Assembly (NCBI GenBank): GCA_964247135.1
Contig: CAXTTL010000177.1
Location: forward strand, 1-10,200
From: an uncultured Deinococcales bacterium
Lineage (GTDB): Bacteria; Deinococcota; Deinococci; Deinococcales; JAAFIG01
DNA length: 10,200 nucleotides
Direction of reading: 5' to 3'
Shown here: piece after piece, positions 7,861 to 10,200 of the stretch
Numbering within the stretch: the stretch's first letter is position 1
How the letters are laid out: every line of letters begins with the position of its first letter
The notes under the pieces: generated by a model
What the model saw: only the letters and a program-made list of their open reading frames with translations
Databases searched by the model: none
What the model was told of the DNA's origin: nothing
Translations under genes and position numbers: made by a program

Positions 7861-7889
7861 ATAGTATCACGACTTTCTCGAGATGACAA
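7861..7889 (-). promoter_or_regulatory. rplM-rpsI promoter
   Basis: Minus strand TTGTCA (7889-7884), 17 nt, TACTAT (7866-7861) with extended TGn; implies a leader of about 140 nt. Confidence 0.7.
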
Positions 7890-8104
7890 ATGCGGGTAAA
7901 ATCTCGAGTAGCACAAGTTCAATGCGAATCTCGAGGTTTGAAACTAGCATTTTGTCAGGCTCAAGGATATTGTGGAAGCTCGAGGTTCTAAATTGAGAAA
8001 TCGTTGTGCTCGAGGATGAACACATTCTTAACAATAAGACGCACCTGACGGGCATTGTCGCAGGTTCACCCCTACACTCAAGGTGGTTTCGTGGTTTTTT
8101 GCTC

Positions 8105-8133
8105 TTCCAAGAAATGCCTTCATGGTGTACACT
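8105..8133 (+). promoter_or_regulatory. Candidate rplY promoter
   Basis: TTCCAA, 17 nt, TACACT; a second TACACT lies at 8073-8078. Confidence 0.45.
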
Positions 8134-8174
8134 TCCAAGGCTGCCTGAAAAAACGGGCGTTGGAGGAATCACAA

Positions 8175-8780
8175 ATGGAATTAAATGTCTTTGACCGTTC
8201 GCAAAAAACCAGTGCCTTACGCGCTGATGGAATGCTGCCCGCAGTGGTGTACGACAAGAAAAGCAACCGCTCAATTTACCTCGAGCGCAAAGCCTTCGAT
8301 AAGGTTTTTCGTGCCGTCAGCACCCACGGTGTCATCACCCTCAAATTCGAGAACGGTGACAGCCTCGAGACGCTGGTCAAAGCCGTGGCGATGGACAAGC
8401 GCAAGCGCATCCCAGAACATGCCGATTTTATCATCGTGTCCGATGAACCCGTCGAGGTTGTCGTACCGATTCACACCAAAGGCGTTGCCAAAGGCGTGAA
8501 AGACCAAGGCGGCGTGCTTGACATTGTGCTGCACACCCTGACCATCAAATGCTCACCGAAAAACATTCCACAAGAACTTGTTGTGGACATCAGCGACGTG
8601 GGCTTGGGTCAACCCGTTCACGCCAGCGACGTTGTGCTTCCAGAGGGCGTCAAGCTCGTCTCGGATGCCAAAGCCACAGTCTTGACCATTCATCAACCGC
8701 GCGGTGCGGAAAACGTTGCCGCCGTCGTTGCTGGCACAGAACCGGAAGTCATCACCAAAGGCAAGAAAGAAGCCGAGTAA
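8175..8780 (+). CDS. rplY: 50S ribosomal protein L25 / general stress protein Ctc (long form)
   Basis: LRADGMLPAVVY, HADF, VVPIHTKG..KGVKDQGG, IPQELVVDIS, EPEVITKGKKE. GGAGG RBS; adjacent to pth. Confidence 0.95.
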   Translation: MELNVFDRSQKTSALRADGMLPAVVYDKKSNRSIYLERKAFDKVFRAVSTHGVITLKFENGDSLETLVKAVAMDKRKRIPEHADFIIVSDEPVEVVVPIHTKGVAKGVKDQGGVLDIVLHTLTIKCSPKNIPQELVVDISDVGLGQPVHASDVVLPEGVKLVSDAKATVLTIHQPRGAENVAAVVAGTEPEVITKGKKEAE

Positions 8781-8803
8781 ACTCGAATCACCTCGAGATT
8801 TTG

Positions 8804-8828
8804 GAGCGCTCTTTCGGGCGCTCTTTTT
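8804..8828 (+). terminator. Intrinsic terminator after rplY
   Basis: GAGCGCTC-TTTC-GGGCGCTC followed by TTTTT. Confidence 0.8.
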
Positions 8829-8856
8829 GTTGGAGTACAGTGTTATTGGAGTCATC

Positions 8857-9477
8857 ATGAGCATTCAATTGATTGTCGGACTGGGCAACCCAGGCGTTTT
8901 GTACGCCAAAACCAGGCACAACATTGGTTTTATGGTGCTCGAGGAACTCGCACGTCGGGCGAACTTGAGTTTTAGCAAGAAACCAAACCTCGAGTTGACC
9001 GAATGGCGCGTTGGGGCTGGGAAATTGCATTTGATGAAACCGCTCACCTTCATGAATTTGTCTGGAAATGCCGTTGTGCCGTTCGCAAAATTTCACAAAC
9101 TCGAAGCCCACCAAATTCTGGTCGTACACGACGATCTGGACTTGCCTTTTGGGCGGTTACGCTTTCGACTTGGCGGCTCGAGTGGCGGGCAGAACGGCGT
9201 GAAAGACATTACCTCCAAACTCGGCACGGATGCTTTCGTGCGCTTGAAAGTCGGCATCTCGAGACCCCCTGAAGGTTGGGAGGTCGTGAACTGGGTGCTC
9301 TCAGGGTTTCAAGCCACGGAAACCGCAATACTTGAGCAAGTCATCAAAACGGCTGCTGATGCGGTGATTGGCGCGACTCGAGATGGGTTTGCCAAAGCGC
9401 AAGCTGATTTTAACGGCACGGATTTACGACCAAAACCAGAACCTGTTATTGCTGAAACTCGAGCAGAAGGCAGTTAG
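8857..9477 (+). CDS. pth: Peptidyl-tRNA hydrolase
   Basis: LIVGLGNPG..YAKTRHNIGF, KPLTFMNLSG, VVHDDLDLPFG, GSSGGQNG. GGAG RBS before ATG 8857. Confidence 0.97.
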   Translation: MSIQLIVGLGNPGVLYAKTRHNIGFMVLEELARRANLSFSKKPNLELTEWRVGAGKLHLMKPLTFMNLSGNAVVPFAKFHKLEAHQILVVHDDLDLPFGRLRFRLGGSSGGQNGVKDITSKLGTDAFVRLKVGISRPPEGWEVVNWVLSGFQATETAILEQVIKTAADAVIGATRDGFAKAQADFNGTDLRPKPEPVIAETRAEGS

Positions 9478-9482
9478 GCATT

Positions 9483-9491
9483 TGGTATAAT
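9483..9491 (+). promoter_or_regulatory. Extended -10 promoter for the DUF2200 gene
   Basis: TGG-TATAAT, consensus TGnTATAAT. Confidence 0.65.
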
Positions 9492-9535
9492 CAAGCCATT
9501 GGCAAGTACGTGTACTTCAACCCAACGGAGGAATG

Positions 9536-9892
9536 ATGAAAAACGACTACCGCATCCCCACCATGAAATTCTCGGGTGTCTATCCGCTTTATGTTGCCAA
9601 AGTGGAACGCAAGAACCGCACCCGAGCAGAAGTTGACCAGGTGATCTGCTGGCTGACCGGCTACAGCGAGGACGGTTTACAAGAGCAGATTGACAACAAA
9701 AGTGACTTCCAGACATTTTTTGCTGAGGCTCCGGCGATTCATCCAAATCGTTCGCTGATTAAAGGCGTCGTTTGTGGTGTGCGCGTGGAAGACATTGAGG
9801 ATTCTTTGGTGCAGAACGTGCGATACTTGGACAAACTGATTGATGAACTCGCCAAGGGGAAAGCCCTCGAAAAGGTGCTGCGGCAAGCTTAA
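9536..9892 (+). CDS. DUF2200 family protein
   Basis: [65 protein letters not shown]; start 9533 or 9536. Confidence 0.92.
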   Translation: MKNDYRIPTMKFSGVYPLYVAKVERKNRTRAEVDQVICWLTGYSEDGLQEQIDNKSDFQTFFAEAPAIHPNRSLIKGVVCGVRVEDIEDSLVQNVRYLDKLIDELAKGKALEKVLRQA

Positions 9893-10200
9893 ACCGCTTT
9901 GATCGGCAGTGGAAACACCGCGCCCGTTTTCGGTTCGCTGCCAATCCAAACTTCAACCCCGTACAATTCGCGCAACAATTGAGGTTGCAGCACCTCGAGC
10001 GGCGTGCCATCGGCAACCACTTTCGCGCCGTTCAGGGCAATGACGCGGTCAACCCTCGAGGCATAAGGCAGGTCGTGGGCGATAAAAATGATGCTCGAGC
10101 CGCCCGCTGCGCGTTCTTGCAAGGTTTCGAGCAGGCGCATTTGGTAGCGTGGGTCGAGTCCTGAGAGTGGTTCGTCAAGCAGCAAAATCTTGGTTTCTCG
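9889..10200 (-). CDS. ABC transporter ATP-binding protein (iron-siderophore/heme/cobalamin type), 3' part only
   Basis: Walker B/D-loop [13 protein letters not shown]-switch AHDL, tail [15 protein letters not shown] typical of FecE/HmuV-like ATPases. Confidence 0.9.
   Translation of the reverse strand, partial: RETKILLLDEPLSGLDPRYQMRLLETLQERAAGGSSIIFIAHDLPYASRVDRVIALNGAKVVADGTPLEVLQPQLLRELYGVEVWIGSEPKTGAVFPLPIKAV

Noticed and set aside
5783-7864. Long plus-strand ORFs opposite the esterase, rpsI and rplM
   Set aside because: Shadow frames of well-supported genes.
7870-8020. CRISPR array or tandem repeat
   Set aside because: Only 6 bp are shared, spacing is irregular (26, 27, 49, 30) and no cas genes are present.
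7867-8274. ORFs 7867-8274 (-), 7659-7922 (-), 8006-8194 (+)
   Set aside because: No recognisable protein features or initiation signals; they overlap promoters, the leader and rplY.
300-10099. CTCGAG sites as a cloning or assembly artefact (XhoI concatemer)
   Set aside because: Sites lie in frame within intact, recognisable genes with normal gene order.

Overview
Bacterial chromosomal window of about 50% GC, most likely Deinococcota (inferred from many leaderless-type TANNNT-N6/7-start promoters, Uma2 paralogues and an M29 aminopeptidase). Gene content is mostly ordinary: partial SDR divergent from a TetR regulator, DUF2071/YqjF, DCC-family protein, M29 aminopeptidase, Uma2 / hypothetical / Uma2 cluster, Fes-like esterase, rplM-rpsI, rplY-pth, DUF2200 and a partial ABC ATPase. 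The main unexplained signal is the palindrome CTCGAG, about 85 copies by manual count against about 2.5 expected. It occurs in all reading frames and between genes, appears to raise Leu-Glu content, forms a terminator stem, and is sparse in ribosomal protein genes and absent from DUF2200. This resembles a HIP1-like highly iterated palindrome system. Secondary signals: CTCGAG-cored direct repeats at the junctions of the Uma2 cluster, and a structured rplM leader with a possible anti-SD switch.
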